DNA of 64,000 nucleotides from a plasmid, in the sequence record NZ_CP120537.1, one strand, 5' to 3'. A model generated the notes under the pieces. It saw only the letters and a list, made by a program, of their open reading frames with translations. It made no database searches and had not been told where the DNA came from. How positions within the stretch are numbered: position 1 is the first letter of the stretch; every line of letters starts with the position of its first letter. The position numbers and the translations under genes are program-made. Positions 17,961-27,767 of the stretch are shown piece after piece.

Positions 17961-18712
17961 TGACTACCTTCAATAATATTGATCCGCAATGTGGATCTCA
18001 AGTGATTTTTGATATCATTTATCAATTTAATGATAAACGTCTCTTTTATATCCGTAATAGCCAACATGATATCACTCATGTCAGTGATGATTTCTGTCAG
18101 ATGGTTAATATTCCATCAAAATCACCTCTTCTTTTGAAAAACTTTCCCAAATTAAAAAAATTAGAGGCTTTGGAGAAACAAGTGATCACTAACAAAAACA
18201 GCAAATCACTTTTTTTCGCCTATAAGCTTAAATCTGAATTTTATTATCTTTTTTATGTTCATATTAAATGTATATCATTTAATGATAAAAACTACACAAT
18301 AACAACTTTCAGCAAGTTTAGTGATTTCTTTAGCCATGAAACTATTTTTAACACAATTAATATTGCTGATGGTTTTTTTGTTGATGATGGTTTCCCAATT
18401 GACAATTATAATAATATTAATCCTGTTTCTTTAACTGTGAATAATGAAACAAAGAAAGAAGAGAGAATATCTTGGCATATTATTTGGCTTTTTTTAACAG
18501 GAAAGTCTATTAGATGGATTGCCGAGTTTAGCCATTTAAATAAAAAACAAGTTGAAAACTCATTAAATAAATATTACACCAATTCAGGAGTTTTAAATCA
18601 AAAAAATTTGCGAGCAATAGCCAGGAAATATGGATGGTGTAATTATATTGATAAAAATACGGTAGAACTTATTAATTTTCGCTTAAGTGAAGATGGAAAG
18701 ATTTTAATATAG
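17960..18712 (+). CDS. traJ: TraJ-like positive regulator (positional call), 250 aa, AT-rich.
   Basis: Sits between traM and traY, as in F; TraJ proteins are highly divergent, so the call is by position only. Confidence 0.45.
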   Translation: MTTFNNIDPQCGSQVIFDIIYQFNDKRLFYIRNSQHDITHVSDDFCQMVNIPSKSPLLLKNFPKLKKLEALEKQVITNKNSKSLFFAYKLKSEFYYLFYVHIKCISFNDKNYTITTFSKFSDFFSHETIFNTINIADGFFVDDGFPIDNYNNINPVSLTVNNETKKEERISWHIIWLFLTGKSIRWIAEFSHLNKKQVENSLNKYYTNSGVLNQKNLRAIARKYGWCNYIDKNTVELINFRLSEDGKILI

Positions 18713-18810
18713 AAAAAGTTAGATTTAAATATTTTATTTTTAATTATTTATGGTTTTATATGCTTTTTAGGGGTGTTTTTGTGAATATCATCACAATCAC
18801 CCCCCTTTAT

Positions 18811-18828
18811 TTGGGACAGCTGTCCCAA
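18811..18828. promoter_or_regulatory. Perfect 18-bp palindrome TTGGGACAGCTGTCCCAA upstream of traY. Candidate activator-binding site at a PY-like promoter.
   Basis: Read directly; ~45 bp upstream of the traY start. Confidence 0.35.
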
Positions 18829-18871
18829 GACATTGATTTTTATTTGTGTAATATAAATTCAGTCCAAAGGG

Positions 18872-19066
18872 ATGGGTAAGGATATGAATGCAAACAAACA
18901 TAAAAAGATTAGTGTTGATATTAGTTTAGTAACAGAAGAATGGTTAGTTAAAGCAATTGAATTATCTGGAAGAACTAAAAAAGAAGAAATTAGGATACGT
19001 CTTGCTCATAGCTTAAAAAACATTGAAAAAATAGATGATAATTATTGGGAAATAATCTCAGCCTAA
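18872..19066 (+). CDS. traY: TraY-like ribbon-helix-helix protein, 64 aa (positional call).
   Basis: 'ISVDISLVTEEWLVKAIELSG' beta-strand-then-helix pattern; lies between traJ and traA. Confidence 0.45.
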   Translation: MGKDMNANKHKKISVDISLVTEEWLVKAIELSGRTKKEEIRIRLAHSLKNIEKIDDNYWEIISA

Positions 19067-19144
19067 TTTTTTTTGATTATATAAACTGTTAAATAAAAAG
19101 ACAGCGGGAAGACTTTGCCATTAAAAATGGATTTGTCGGGCTGG

Positions 19145-19156
19145 GGCGGTAGCGCA
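19145..19156 (+). promoter_or_regulatory. ops-like element GGCGGTAGCGCA, in the traY-traA intergenic region.
   Basis: The 8-nt core GGCGGTAG is exact; 10 of 12 positions match consensus GGCGGTAGCGTG; an RfaH paralog is encoded downstream in the same operon. Confidence 0.5.
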
Positions 19157-19298
19157 TTTAAATTAAATGAATTTTTATCTCGCTTTATTTCTTTGAGATT
19201 AACGAAGGAATAAAGCGAGCTAAAAGCTCAGAAGTTATTCGAAACTCTTTAGGAGTTTATTTTGAAAATACTGAAATATCTATTAACAAGGAAAACGT

Positions 19299-19667
19299 AT
19301 GAGTCAAATTGCTATTGAATCACCGGTAACAAAAAGAAAAGGTATTTTTGCACGAGCTTGGAATTCACTGAATTCTAAAGTCGCTAAATCGCTGTATAAA
19401 TATGTTGCTTCACCATTACTCTTATGGATGGCCGCACGTGGCTTCGCACAAGCCGCCGATTTAGCGGCCGCAGGGGCAGAGGATGCAGGCGATACCTTCG
19501 GTGAAGGGTCATCGGTGATGTACTACATCATGATCGGTGAAGCGGTGTTGGTATTCTTAGCCTTTATGCGAGCACAAAACCCCGCGTTACTCCTGCTCAT
19601 TCCTGTTTTCATTGTGGGAACTAAAATCGTCTTTGGTTTAATCGAAGCACCATCAACAGGCGGTTAA
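19299..19667 (+). CDS. traA: F-type propilin TraA.
   Basis: 122 aa; long leader then a hydrophobic C-terminal half; position is before traL. Confidence 0.75.
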   Translation: MSQIAIESPVTKRKGIFARAWNSLNSKVAKSLYKYVASPLLLWMAARGFAQAADLAAAGAEDAGDTFGEGSSVMYYIMIGEAVLVFLAFMRAQNPALLLLIPVFIVGTKIVFGLIEAPSTGG

Positions 19668-19682
19668 TGGATTAGGAGTTGG

Positions 19683-19991
19683 ATGATGGAAAACGAACGT
19701 GCCCAGCGATTCATTTTCCCTCAGACGTTAACCGAGCAAGGCGGTATTCTTCCATTACCCAATGATGAAACCGCCGTTCTACTAGGCCCCATGTTATGGG
19801 GCTTTTATGACGGACATTACATGACTGGCCTTGTGGTTGGTACGTTGCTCTGGTATGCCCTGAGGTACTTCAAAAAAGGGCGGGGAAGTCAGTGGTTACT
19901 CAATGCCTGTTATTGGTACTTACCCGCTTACTGCTTTAAAAGCATTTATAAATCTCTCCCTGACTCTGCGTTCAGACTTTATTTAAAATAG
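19683..19991 (+). CDS. traL: TraL.
   Basis: ~100-aa membrane protein in the F-order position. Confidence 0.65.
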   Translation: MMENERAQRFIFPQTLTEQGGILPLPNDETAVLLGPMLWGFYDGHYMTGLVVGTLLWYALRYFKKGRGSQWLLNACYWYLPAYCFKSIYKSLPDSAFRLYLK

Positions 19992-20004
19992 GAAGGAGGC
20001 TGCC

Positions 20005-20574
20005 ATGAAACTGAGCGCAGCTAAATCCGCCACGAAATACACCTCGTTATTGTTTATTACACTGACCTTTATGTTAGGCCTCAGTTTGACAGGTAATATT
20101 TTCGCGTGGCTGAGATTAGATGATTTACTCAATAGTCGACAAGAAACGTATATCCCGATGTTTTTTGATACCCCATTTACCTTAACGCGCTCGCATGCGG
20201 ATGCGAACTACCTTGAATCCGTCGCACAGTCGTTACTTTTTTTACGCTATAACGTCAGTCCGGAATCAGTGAAAGCAAACCATCAATCGTTATTACGGTA
20301 TGTAGCCAAAGAGGCGCGACCTGAAATGCAAGATGTGTTGGCGGTCGAAGCCAAAGAAATCATCAATAACAACGTCACCTCGGCATTTTACATGACCAAA
20401 ATGGAAGTCTATCCCGCTGACGGCATTATTGATATTCAAGGTGAGCTAAAAACGTGGATAGGTAAGCGCGAATCGTTACCTGAACATAAAAAATTACGGT
20501 TGCATATCAAGTATGTCAATGGAATTAGTGAAGTGATCAGCTTTGAGGACATTATTGATGAAGAAAAAAAGTAA
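20005..20574 (+). CDS. traE: TraE.
   Basis: 189 aa (F TraE is 188 aa); N-terminal transmembrane segment. Confidence 0.75.
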   Translation: MKLSAAKSATKYTSLLFITLTFMLGLSLTGNIFAWLRLDDLLNSRQETYIPMFFDTPFTLTRSHADANYLESVAQSLLFLRYNVSPESVKANHQSLLRYVAKEARPEMQDVLAVEAKEIINNNVTSAFYMTKMEVYPADGIIDIQGELKTWIGKRESLPEHKKLRLHIKYVNGISEVISFEDIIDEEKK

Positions 20575-21331
20575 TCCGATAAAGCTTCTCTGTTTAGCGT
20601 TAGCATTTTGTGGTTTTGTCTCGACAGTGCGTGCCGAACCAACAGCGCAGTTGCCAACCCAAATTCCGGTGTCTCCGGATTCACAAGTGAAGGTGGCTTT
20701 TAGCAACAGTGAACCGAATATGTTGGTTGTGCCAGGTGACAGAATTGTGGCCATCGACAGTGCTCAAGGCATGTTTATCAATGGCAATCAAAAAGGGGCA
20801 ACAGGTGTTGCGAATGGGGGCGTGGTATTAATGACCGCGCAAACTAAGCCCTTTACGTTTTACGTCAGAACGGCAGGGGGCTTAACGGTGTCGGTTGTGG
20901 CTGTTCCGCAAAAGCGTGATGGTCGCGTGTTGCAGTTTATCTCCAATCAACCGGCACAAAGTGCCGTCGCTAAACGTTGGGAGAGGGCTTTACCGTATCC
21001 ACGTGTCTTGGTTGAAATTCACAAAGCGTTACTGAACCAACAAACGCCGAATGGGTTTATTCCTGCGCCTGTGACGGCTTTACCGTCATTCGCATTACCG
21101 TCAGCCTATCGGGTGACAGCAAACAAAATGTGGAATGGGGGAGAGCTACGGGTATACCAACTGGATGTGATGAACACCAGCGCCGTCTCACAACCGCTAA
21201 GTGAGCGGTTGTTCAATCAGCACAATGTCCGCTCTGTGGTTATCTATCCCTATAGCGATACTGTGTTGGCGGGTGCCACAGCAACGGTCTGGTTAACCGT
21301 TAGTAATGAGGTTGAAAATGGCAAATATTAA
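20543..21331 (+). CDS. traK: TraK (secretin-like); probable start at ~20558.
   Basis: 'VVPGDRIVAIDS...KPFTFYVRT...LTVSVVAVPQ' parallels F TraK. Confidence 0.8.
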   Translation: MRTLLMKKKSNPIKLLCLALAFCGFVSTVRAEPTAQLPTQIPVSPDSQVKVAFSNSEPNMLVVPGDRIVAIDSAQGMFINGNQKGATGVANGGVVLMTAQTKPFTFYVRTAGGLTVSVVAVPQKRDGRVLQFISNQPAQSAVAKRWERALPYPRVLVEIHKALLNQQTPNGFIPAPVTALPSFALPSAYRVTANKMWNGGELRVYQLDVMNTSAVSQPLSERLFNQHNVRSVVIYPYSDTVLAGATATVWLTVSNEVENGKY

Positions 21332-22679
21332 TGTTCGTGCAAAGCGAAAACAAACGGCTCTGTTTGTGTTATTGGCCTTGGGATTAACGGGGATTGGTGG
21401 CGCAGCTTGGTACATGAGCTTACCTTCGAAGCCAAAAGCGGCCGCAAAACAATCGCGGCCTGCCCCCAATATGACAGGCGTCGTGACATCATCCTTTGAT
21501 AAGAATGTGGGAAAATCGGCGATGGCCGATTTGCAATCCACGGCCTCTCAAATGGATAAGCAAATGAAGCAAGTGAACGCCCGTATTGCGAAACTGGAAC
21601 AAGAAAACCGTGCGTATCGCGATAAAATTACTGAGCAGGATAAAGAATTAACTGCCTTAGGTGAAGAACTCACGAAAATGGGAAACGATTTCATACACGG
21701 TAATAGCAATAACGGTTTGCCACAACCGCAGCAACTGCCCGTAGGAACACTACCCACACCGAATGCACAAGCCAGTCAGCCAATCATTCCGCCGCCAACG
21801 GCATTTTATCAAGGGGGGCAATATCCAGTCGGGCAACCACAAATTAATGTGAATCCCGTACTAAAACAAGGTTTATCCTCGATGACGATTGAGTATGAGG
21901 ATGAGCAGGAAAACACCGATTTACCGGATTTGCCCTACATCCCATCAGGCAGTTTTGCCAAAGCGATGGTGATTGAAGGGGCTGATGCGAATGCGTCTGT
22001 GACGGGAAACAGTAATCCCTCTCCAATGCAATTTCGGTTAACGGGTAAACTGATTATGCCGAATAACGAAGAGTATGATTTAAGTGGTTGTGCCGTTACC
22101 GCTGGGGTGTATGGCGATATTTCCAGTGAACGCGGATTGGTGCGTACCGACCGACTGTCTTGCAAACTGTTTGGTCATACCATCGATATGCCCTTTAAAG
22201 GCCACGTCTCTTTTATGGGGAAAAATGGGATTAAAGGCGAGCCGGTCATCCGAAATGGTGAGTTAGTCGGCTACGCCTTTGGCGGTGGCTTTCTTGAAGC
22301 GGTCGGTTCCGGTTTTTCAAAAGTGGGTGATAAAACGGTGGGTATTGGTGCCAGTAGCACAACCACGATGGCCGATGTGGCACGCGGTGGTGTCGGTGGC
22401 GGTGTACAGCAATCCGGAAAAATGTTGTCGGAATATTTCATTAAACGTGCTGAGCAATACCATCCGGTTATTCCCATCGGGGCAGGCATTGAAATTACGG
22501 TGGTGTTCCAGGAAGGTTTTCAGTTGAAGTTTATTGAACAAATGAAGAAAGCCAAATCGCAAAAACAAGCGGGGAACTCGCTGGAAAACTCCATTAATCA
22601 AGGTATCACCGTTTCAAAACAAGCATTAGAGCGGATTTCTTTAGGGGATGCCGTCCCCGCTGAGACTATCCCACAGTAA
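21306..22679 (+). CDS. traB: TraB; probable start MANINV at ~21318.
   Basis: Collinear similarity to F TraB (ANINVRAKRKQ...; C-terminal '...YHPVIPIGAG.E.TVVFQ.GFQLK'). Confidence 0.9.
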   Translation: MRLKMANINVRAKRKQTALFVLLALGLTGIGGAAWYMSLPSKPKAAAKQSRPAPNMTGVVTSSFDKNVGKSAMADLQSTASQMDKQMKQVNARIAKLEQENRAYRDKITEQDKELTALGEELTKMGNDFIHGNSNNGLPQPQQLPVGTLPTPNAQASQPIIPPPTAFYQGGQYPVGQPQINVNPVLKQGLSSMTIEYEDEQENTDLPDLPYIPSGSFAKAMVIEGADANASVTGNSNPSPMQFRLTGKLIMPNNEEYDLSGCAVTAGVYGDISSERGLVRTDRLSCKLFGHTIDMPFKGHVSFMGKNGIKGEPVIRNGELVGYAFGGGFLEAVGSGFSKVGDKTVGIGASSTTTMADVARGGVGGGVQQSGKMLSEYFIKRAEQYHPVIPIGAGIEITVVFQEGFQLKFIEQMKKAKSQKQAGNSLENSINQGITVSKQALERISLGDAVPAETIPQ

Positions 22680-22713
22680 CCGAAGTCCTTTCAGTATTTA
22701 TTCTTAATTTTCA

Positions 22714-22932
22714 TTGTCATCATTCAGGTACAGCCCAATGCAAAACCGAATTCGTCAGCTAAAAAAGCGGATGCGTTTGAGTTCGTTACTTATGACGCTC
22801 ATTACGATTTCTCCGGCCGCGTTATTTGTTTCCCATCATGTGAGTTGGGACTCGGTCATCTTTTTAGCGATTTACAGCGGGTTAAGTGTTTGGGTTGTAC
22901 AAATCCTGAGTGCTGACCATCAACTAAAGTGA
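22714..22932 (+). CDS. Small membrane protein, 72 aa.
   Basis: Hydrophobic ORF between traB and the rfaH-like gene. Confidence 0.4.
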   Translation: MSSFRYSPMQNRIRQLKKRMRLSSLLMTLITISPAALFVSHHVSWDSVIFLAIYSGLSVWVVQILSADHQLK

Positions 22933-22938
22933 GTCATC

Positions 22939-23430
22939 ATGGAAAAGTGGTATTTATTATATTGTAAACGTGACCAGGTTTTACGCGCGATTGAGCACCT
23001 TGAGCGTCAAGGGGTGACTGTACATAACCCAACCTACAAAACTGAGAAAATGGTGAGGAATCGCCGTAAGAAAGTGATGGAGCCGTTATTTCCCAATTAT
23101 TTATTTGTGAAGTTTGATTATGAAGTCATTCACTTTTCGACGATTGGCTCGACACGTGGCGTGAACTACTTTGTCCGCTTTGGTCAGAACCCCGTGGTTG
23201 TACCTAATGAAGTGATTGCGACACTGGTTGTACCTGATTTCGTGAAAGAGATGAGTGATAACTTACCGCAAAAAGGGGATGAAGTCGTCATTACGGACGG
23301 TATTTTTGTGGGTATTCAAGCGATTTATAACGAACCCGATGGGGAAGCACGTTCGGTATTACTTCTTAAAATCCTCAACAAAGAAGTTCCCAAAGTCGTC
23401 GATAACCGCAGCTTTGAAACCATTAAATAA
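22939..23430 (+). CDS. rfaH: RfaH-family transcription antiterminator paralog (NusG-like NGN + KOW).
   Basis: 163 aa, collinear with E. coli RfaH ('WYLLYCKR...LERQ...EPLFPNYLFV.FD.EVIH...TRGV..FVRFG..P..VP..VI..L...GD.V.IT.G.F.G.QAI..EPDGEARS.LLL..LNKE'). Confidence 0.85.
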   Translation: MEKWYLLYCKRDQVLRAIEHLERQGVTVHNPTYKTEKMVRNRRKKVMEPLFPNYLFVKFDYEVIHFSTIGSTRGVNYFVRFGQNPVVVPNEVIATLVVPDFVKEMSDNLPQKGDEVVITDGIFVGIQAIYNEPDGEARSVLLLKILNKEVPKVVDNRSFETIK

Positions 23431-23452
23431 CAGGCTAAGGGGGCAGGTAGTA

Positions 23453-23569
23453 ATGGAATCAATGACTTTTCCGATACTTGTGATTGCCATTATATTCTTA
23501 GGGTTAGCACTAAATGGGGCTATCCGTGCAGGTGAAGCTAAATTTGGAATACCCCTAAAATCAGTGTAA
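23453..23569 (+). CDS. Possible 38-aa membrane peptide (MESMTFPILVIAIIFLGLALNG...).
   Basis: Strong RBS 'AAGGGGGCAGGTAGTA' before ATG; hydrophobic. Confidence 0.3.
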   Translation: MESMTFPILVIAIIFLGLALNGAIRAGEAKFGIPLKSV

Positions 23570-23649
23570 TACCCGAACAATGCGAAGAGAAGGATTAAAT
23601 TCATTTCAGCCATCGGGTTCGTTTTCTCAAATTATCAACAGGATTAATA

Positions 23650-23883
23650 ATGGATATACAGTTTAAAGATTTTACGATAGATGGGGTTATTATTTCTAAT
23701 TTAAAAAGTGTTAGGCGTGACCGACGGCTAATGAATGATGAAATGAACCAATGGCTAAATGAAAATAATATAACCGATATCATTAATATCGAATCCTTGG
23801 AATATGAGGTCCCTCCAACTATTGGAAGCCTTGGTGGTGTTAAATTTCACGGGTTTAGGCTTTGGTATAAAATCATCAAGTAA
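23650..23883 (+). CDS. Hypothetical protein, 77 aa.
   Basis: ORF only. Confidence 0.4.
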   Translation: MDIQFKDFTIDGVIISNLKSVRRDRRLMNDEMNQWLNENNITDIINIESLEYEVPPTIGSLGGVKFHGFRLWYKIIK

Positions 23884-24053
23884 CGTCTTTCGTTTAAATT
23901 CAAATTCCTAGAAACTCACTTGTCTCAAAAAGTACATGATTATCCGTTAATTAACCGTATTTAATTAAATGGTTATGAATAAAAATATTTTTATTCGTCA
24001 CTGAATAAGCGGCGACACAAATTCATCGTTATTTCTCCACAAAACACTTCTTT

Positions 24054-24644
24054 TTGTCATTCATTTATAAGGTTCATTTTATGAAAAAATTCCTAATTCT
24101 AGGCGCATTAACCTTGCTCGCCGGTTGTACAGCGGGCATGAAAGATTCCTTTGATTGTAATGCCACCGCGCAAGATAGCTGCATGACGATGGAAGAAGCC
24201 AATCAAAAGGCAGCACAGCAAAATTTCACGTGGAACCATCCTGCTAATGGGGAGGGCATATCCCAAAAGCGAGTCGAACTGCCGCGGTTAGCACCGTTGG
24301 CAACCCCGACTGTGCCAGTTGTGACAACCGCGTCTCCAGCTCAGTCTGTTCGTACTGTGGTGCAGGATAATCGCGCTTCTTCACAAAATGTGGGGGCATT
24401 AGGTGCATTCAAGCCTTCATCCGCATCCGTTAAAAAATCCGTGCCATCCAATACACTACCCCCCATTCAACACACGGCACAAGCCTGGGCGAGTTGGAGT
24501 GATATTGGTATGGCACCGCCTCAACGATTACCGACCACGACGGCTCGCTTATGGATAGCCCCGTGGATAGATGAACAAGATAACCTGTATCAGCCTGCGG
24601 TTGTCTCTTTTGTGGTGAAAGATGGTCAGTGGAGAGTCCAGTAA
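24054..24644 (+). CDS. traV: TraV lipoprotein; probable start MKKFLIL at ~24081.
   Basis: Lipobox 'LLAGCTAG'; 'FDCNATAQDSCMTMEEANQKA' matches the F TraV Cys-rich region. Confidence 0.8.
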   Translation: MSFIYKVHFMKKFLILGALTLLAGCTAGMKDSFDCNATAQDSCMTMEEANQKAAQQNFTWNHPANGEGISQKRVELPRLAPLATPTVPVVTTASPAQSVRTVVQDNRASSQNVGALGAFKPSSASVKKSVPSNTLPPIQHTAQAWASWSDIGMAPPQRLPTTTARLWIAPWIDEQDNLYQPAVVSFVVKDGQWRVQ

Positions 24645-27357
24645 CATGAATGAAAAACCGTCCTTAATCGATAAGCTGCTTGCCCCGTTTCTCCCCAAGT
24701 CAAAAGACATTGTGTTTGATGACGAGCCCGAACCGGTATCGTTGCAAGAAGCGTTATTCAAGAACTTATTTACCGCATGGCGAGAGCCGGATGGAAGCAA
24801 AGGGGCGTCTGAAGCCTTGGACAATATGGATTATCCTTCCTTTTGCAGCGTATTACCGTATCGAAATTATGATGCGAAATCTGGCCTGTTTATCAATAAA
24901 ACCACCATTGGCTTTTTATTAGAGTGTACGCCACTGGTGGGCGCGAATGAAAAAATTGTCGATGCGCTGGATTACTTTCTACGCAATAAGCTCCCGCGTA
25001 AAACGCCATTAACATTCATGTTATTGGGCAGTAAGTGCATCAGTGAACAGTTAGGCTATGGGCTAAAAGACTTTGGGTGGCAAGGGGAAGAAGCGGAGAA
25101 ATTCAACCATATCACGCGTGCCTTTTACGAGCGTGGTGCTTTGGAAGGGCTGAATAATAAGCTCAATCTGCCGTTATCGCTACGCAATTACCGTTTGTTT
25201 GTGTGTTATGCCGAAGAGCATAAAAAAGCCGATGCACTCACATTACAAAAAGTAAATCAAACCCTCAGTATTGTCATGGAGTCCTTGGCTGGCGCCTCCC
25301 TGCACTGTGAGCAAATGGATGACAAAGGATTACTGCAACTGGTACGTGAAATCACTAACTTTCGACACGATCAGATTGCGTTATCAAGCAGTGAAGTTGA
25401 CCCGTATGAGTCGCTCAATGACCAGTGCGCTGACCGTTCGATCAACGTTGAAATTCGGCCCGATGCTATTCATCAGTCGTTATCGATGGAAAAAGGCCAG
25501 AAAAGCAAAACGCGTATCATGAATTACATGCTGGAGAAAAACCCAACACAATTCGCTTTATGGCAAACGGGCGATAACTTGAGTAATTTGCTTGATCCTG
25601 CATCCAGTGTGTCTTGTCCGTTCGTCATAACCGTGTCCGTGTATGTTGAAGATTTGGTGAAAACCCAAAACGAGGCCAAGAAAAAGTTTATCACCAATAA
25701 TAGTCGGGCTAACTCTAAGTACATCAATTGGGTGCCTGGCGTAAAGCGTAAAGCTGAAGAGTGGGGCGCATTGCGTGAAGAGCTGGACGCCAATCAAACC
25801 GCTCTCGCGCGTTACAGTTACGGTATCTCCTTATTTTGTGAAGACGATGATGATAAAGCGTTAAAAGCGGAAATGGCATTGATGAATACCTACACCACTA
25901 ATCGCTTAAAGCTATGCCCAACAACGTTTATGCAATTACGTAACTATTTGGCGCTGTTTCCTTTTGTCATGCAAGAGGGGCTTTGGGGCGATATGGTGCG
26001 TTCAGGCGGCACACTTAGAGCGAAAGCCTTTAATGTTGCCAATTTATTGCCTGTGGTGGCCGATAATCGGATTTGTCAAAAAGGTTTACCTATCCCGTCG
26101 TATCGGCACCAACTCTCCTTTCTCGACATTTTTGAGCGGGGTTCAGGTCTCGGTAATGACAACTTTAATGCGGCGGTGTGTGGGACGTCAGGCAGTGGTA
26201 AATCATTCCTCATGCAAGCGCTGATCCGTCAAGTGCTCGATGCAGGCGGTTGGGCGTATGTGCTAGATATGGGGGATTCCTATAAAGAGCTGTGTCACAG
26301 TCTTGGGGGCGTCTATGTCGATGCTCGCGACCTTAAATTCAATCCGTTCGCGGGTGTCGTCGATATAAAAGAGGCCGCGGAAAGTATTCGTGACCTGCTC
26401 ATCGTATTGGCGAATCCTTCGGGCGATATGGATGATGTGTCTAAATCTATCCTACTCAATGCCGTTCAAGATGTGTGGGAAGGGAAAGCGCCAAGCAAGC
26501 GTAAAGGCAATCAAGTCCTGATTGATGATGTTCACGATTACCTTAAAGCCGAAGTTGATTTGGGCTACTTTGATCCCCAAAGTACGGTCCAAAATAAGAT
26601 GCAAGAAATCATTGTGGCATTGAAAAAATACACTACCAAAGGGTTATATGGGGCGTATTTTAATAGTGACAAGCCGGCACTGAATGAGCAGGTACGCTTT
26701 ACCGTACTGGAAATGGGCGGACTGCAAAACAAGCCTGACCTGTTAGCCGCCGTCATGTTCTCGATGATGATCTTCATTCAGCAACGAATGTACTTAACGG
26801 CGCGCAGTATCAAAAAACTCGCGGCCATTGATGAAGGTTGGAAGCTACTGGATAACAAGAGTAGCTTTGTCGCCGACTTTATTGAAAGCGGTTATCGAAC
26901 TGCCCGTAAATACGGTGGCTCTTACATTACCATCTCACAAGGGATCGACGATTTTGACGGCGATGGTGCCAGTACTGCCGCGAAAGCCGCGTGGAGTAAC
27001 TCCTCCTTCAAAATTATCTTGCGGCAAAACATGGAAGCGTTCCGTAAATACAATCAGAAGAATCCCGACCAGTTCAATCCTGTTGAACGCGCCATTATTG
27101 AAGGGTTCCCTGCCGCAGGGGATGCACACTTTAGTGCCTTTATGCTGCGAATTGCGGGGCGCTCCTCATTCCATCGGTTGGTAACCGATCCGATTAGCCG
27201 GGCATTGTACTCAACCGATGGGGATGACTTCCAATTTCGTGAAAACCGCATGGCGGAAGGACTGTCACAACAAGCGGCGTTATTGGCACTGGCTAAGCGC
27301 AAATTCCCACAAGAAATGGAGACCTTATCCCAATGGCAGAGTCAAACACGACATTAG
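24622..27357 (+). CDS. traC: TraC (VirB4-family ATPase).
   Basis: Collinear with F TraC; Walker A 'GTSGSGKS'. Confidence 0.95.
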   Translation: MVSGESSNMNEKPSLIDKLLAPFLPKSKDIVFDDEPEPVSLQEALFKNLFTAWREPDGSKGASEALDNMDYPSFCSVLPYRNYDAKSGLFINKTTIGFLLECTPLVGANEKIVDALDYFLRNKLPRKTPLTFMLLGSKCISEQLGYGLKDFGWQGEEAEKFNHITRAFYERGALEGLNNKLNLPLSLRNYRLFVCYAEEHKKADALTLQKVNQTLSIVMESLAGASLHCEQMDDKGLLQLVREITNFRHDQIALSSSEVDPYESLNDQCADRSINVEIRPDAIHQSLSMEKGQKSKTRIMNYMLEKNPTQFALWQTGDNLSNLLDPASSVSCPFVITVSVYVEDLVKTQNEAKKKFITNNSRANSKYINWVPGVKRKAEEWGALREELDANQTALARYSYGISLFCEDDDDKALKAEMALMNTYTTNRLKLCPTTFMQLRNYLALFPFVMQEGLWGDMVRSGGTLRAKAFNVANLLPVVADNRICQKGLPIPSYRHQLSFLDIFERGSGLGNDNFNAAVCGTSGSGKSFLMQALIRQVLDAGGWAYVLDMGDSYKELCHSLGGVYVDARDLKFNPFAGVVDIKEAAESIRDLLIVLANPSGDMDDVSKSILLNAVQDVWEGKAPSKRKGNQVLIDDVHDYLKAEVDLGYFDPQSTVQNKMQEIIVALKKYTTKGLYGAYFNSDKPALNEQVRFTVLEMGGLQNKPDLLAAVMFSMMIFIQQRMYLTARSIKKLAAIDEGWKLLDNKSSFVADFIESGYRTARKYGGSYITISQGIDDFDGDGASTAAKAAWSNSSFKIILRQNMEAFRKYNQKNPDQFNPVERAIIEGFPAAGDAHFSAFMLRIAGRSSFHRLVTDPISRALYSTDGDDFQFRENRMAEGLSQQAALLALAKRKFPQEMETLSQWQSQTRH

Positions 27358-27758
27358 TCGATAAGGCAGTCAAAACGCCTGCACGAGGCATGAGCCGTCG
27401 TCGCAAAGAGTGCTTAAAAGCCATGAGCTTTTTTATGGTCATTGCCGTGGTGCTGAGTTTCAGTATTTCGGTATTTGTGGTGCGTTGGCTTGCCCCCGTT
27501 ACCGTCACTTTCGACATGACAGGCACAGTCAACCAGTATCAGCAGCAAATGGCCATGCAGTTTAACAGCGAAAACCCATTGAGCGAACAGCAAATTGCAG
27601 ATGCCACTCACCGTTTTCAAATGGCGCTCAGTGACAGTTTATCCGAGTACCAACAGTCACATCAGGCCCTGATTTTAGTCACGCCTGCGGTGGTGATGGG
27701 CGCGGAAGATATCACGGTCGATATTCAAGCCGCGATTGCAGACAAAATGGCGCAATAA
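27333..27758 (+). CDS. trbI: TrbI.
   Basis: '...LAPVTVTFDMTGTVNQ...ILVTPAVVMGAEDIT..IQ' parallels F TrbI; lies between traC and traW. Confidence 0.7.
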   Translation: MAESNTTLVDKAVKTPARGMSRRRKECLKAMSFFMVIAVVLSFSISVFVVRWLAPVTVTFDMTGTVNQYQQQMAMQFNSENPLSEQQIADATHRFQMALSDSLSEYQQSHQALILVTPAVVMGAEDITVDIQAAIADKMAQ

Positions 27759-27767
27759 GGAGGGAAA

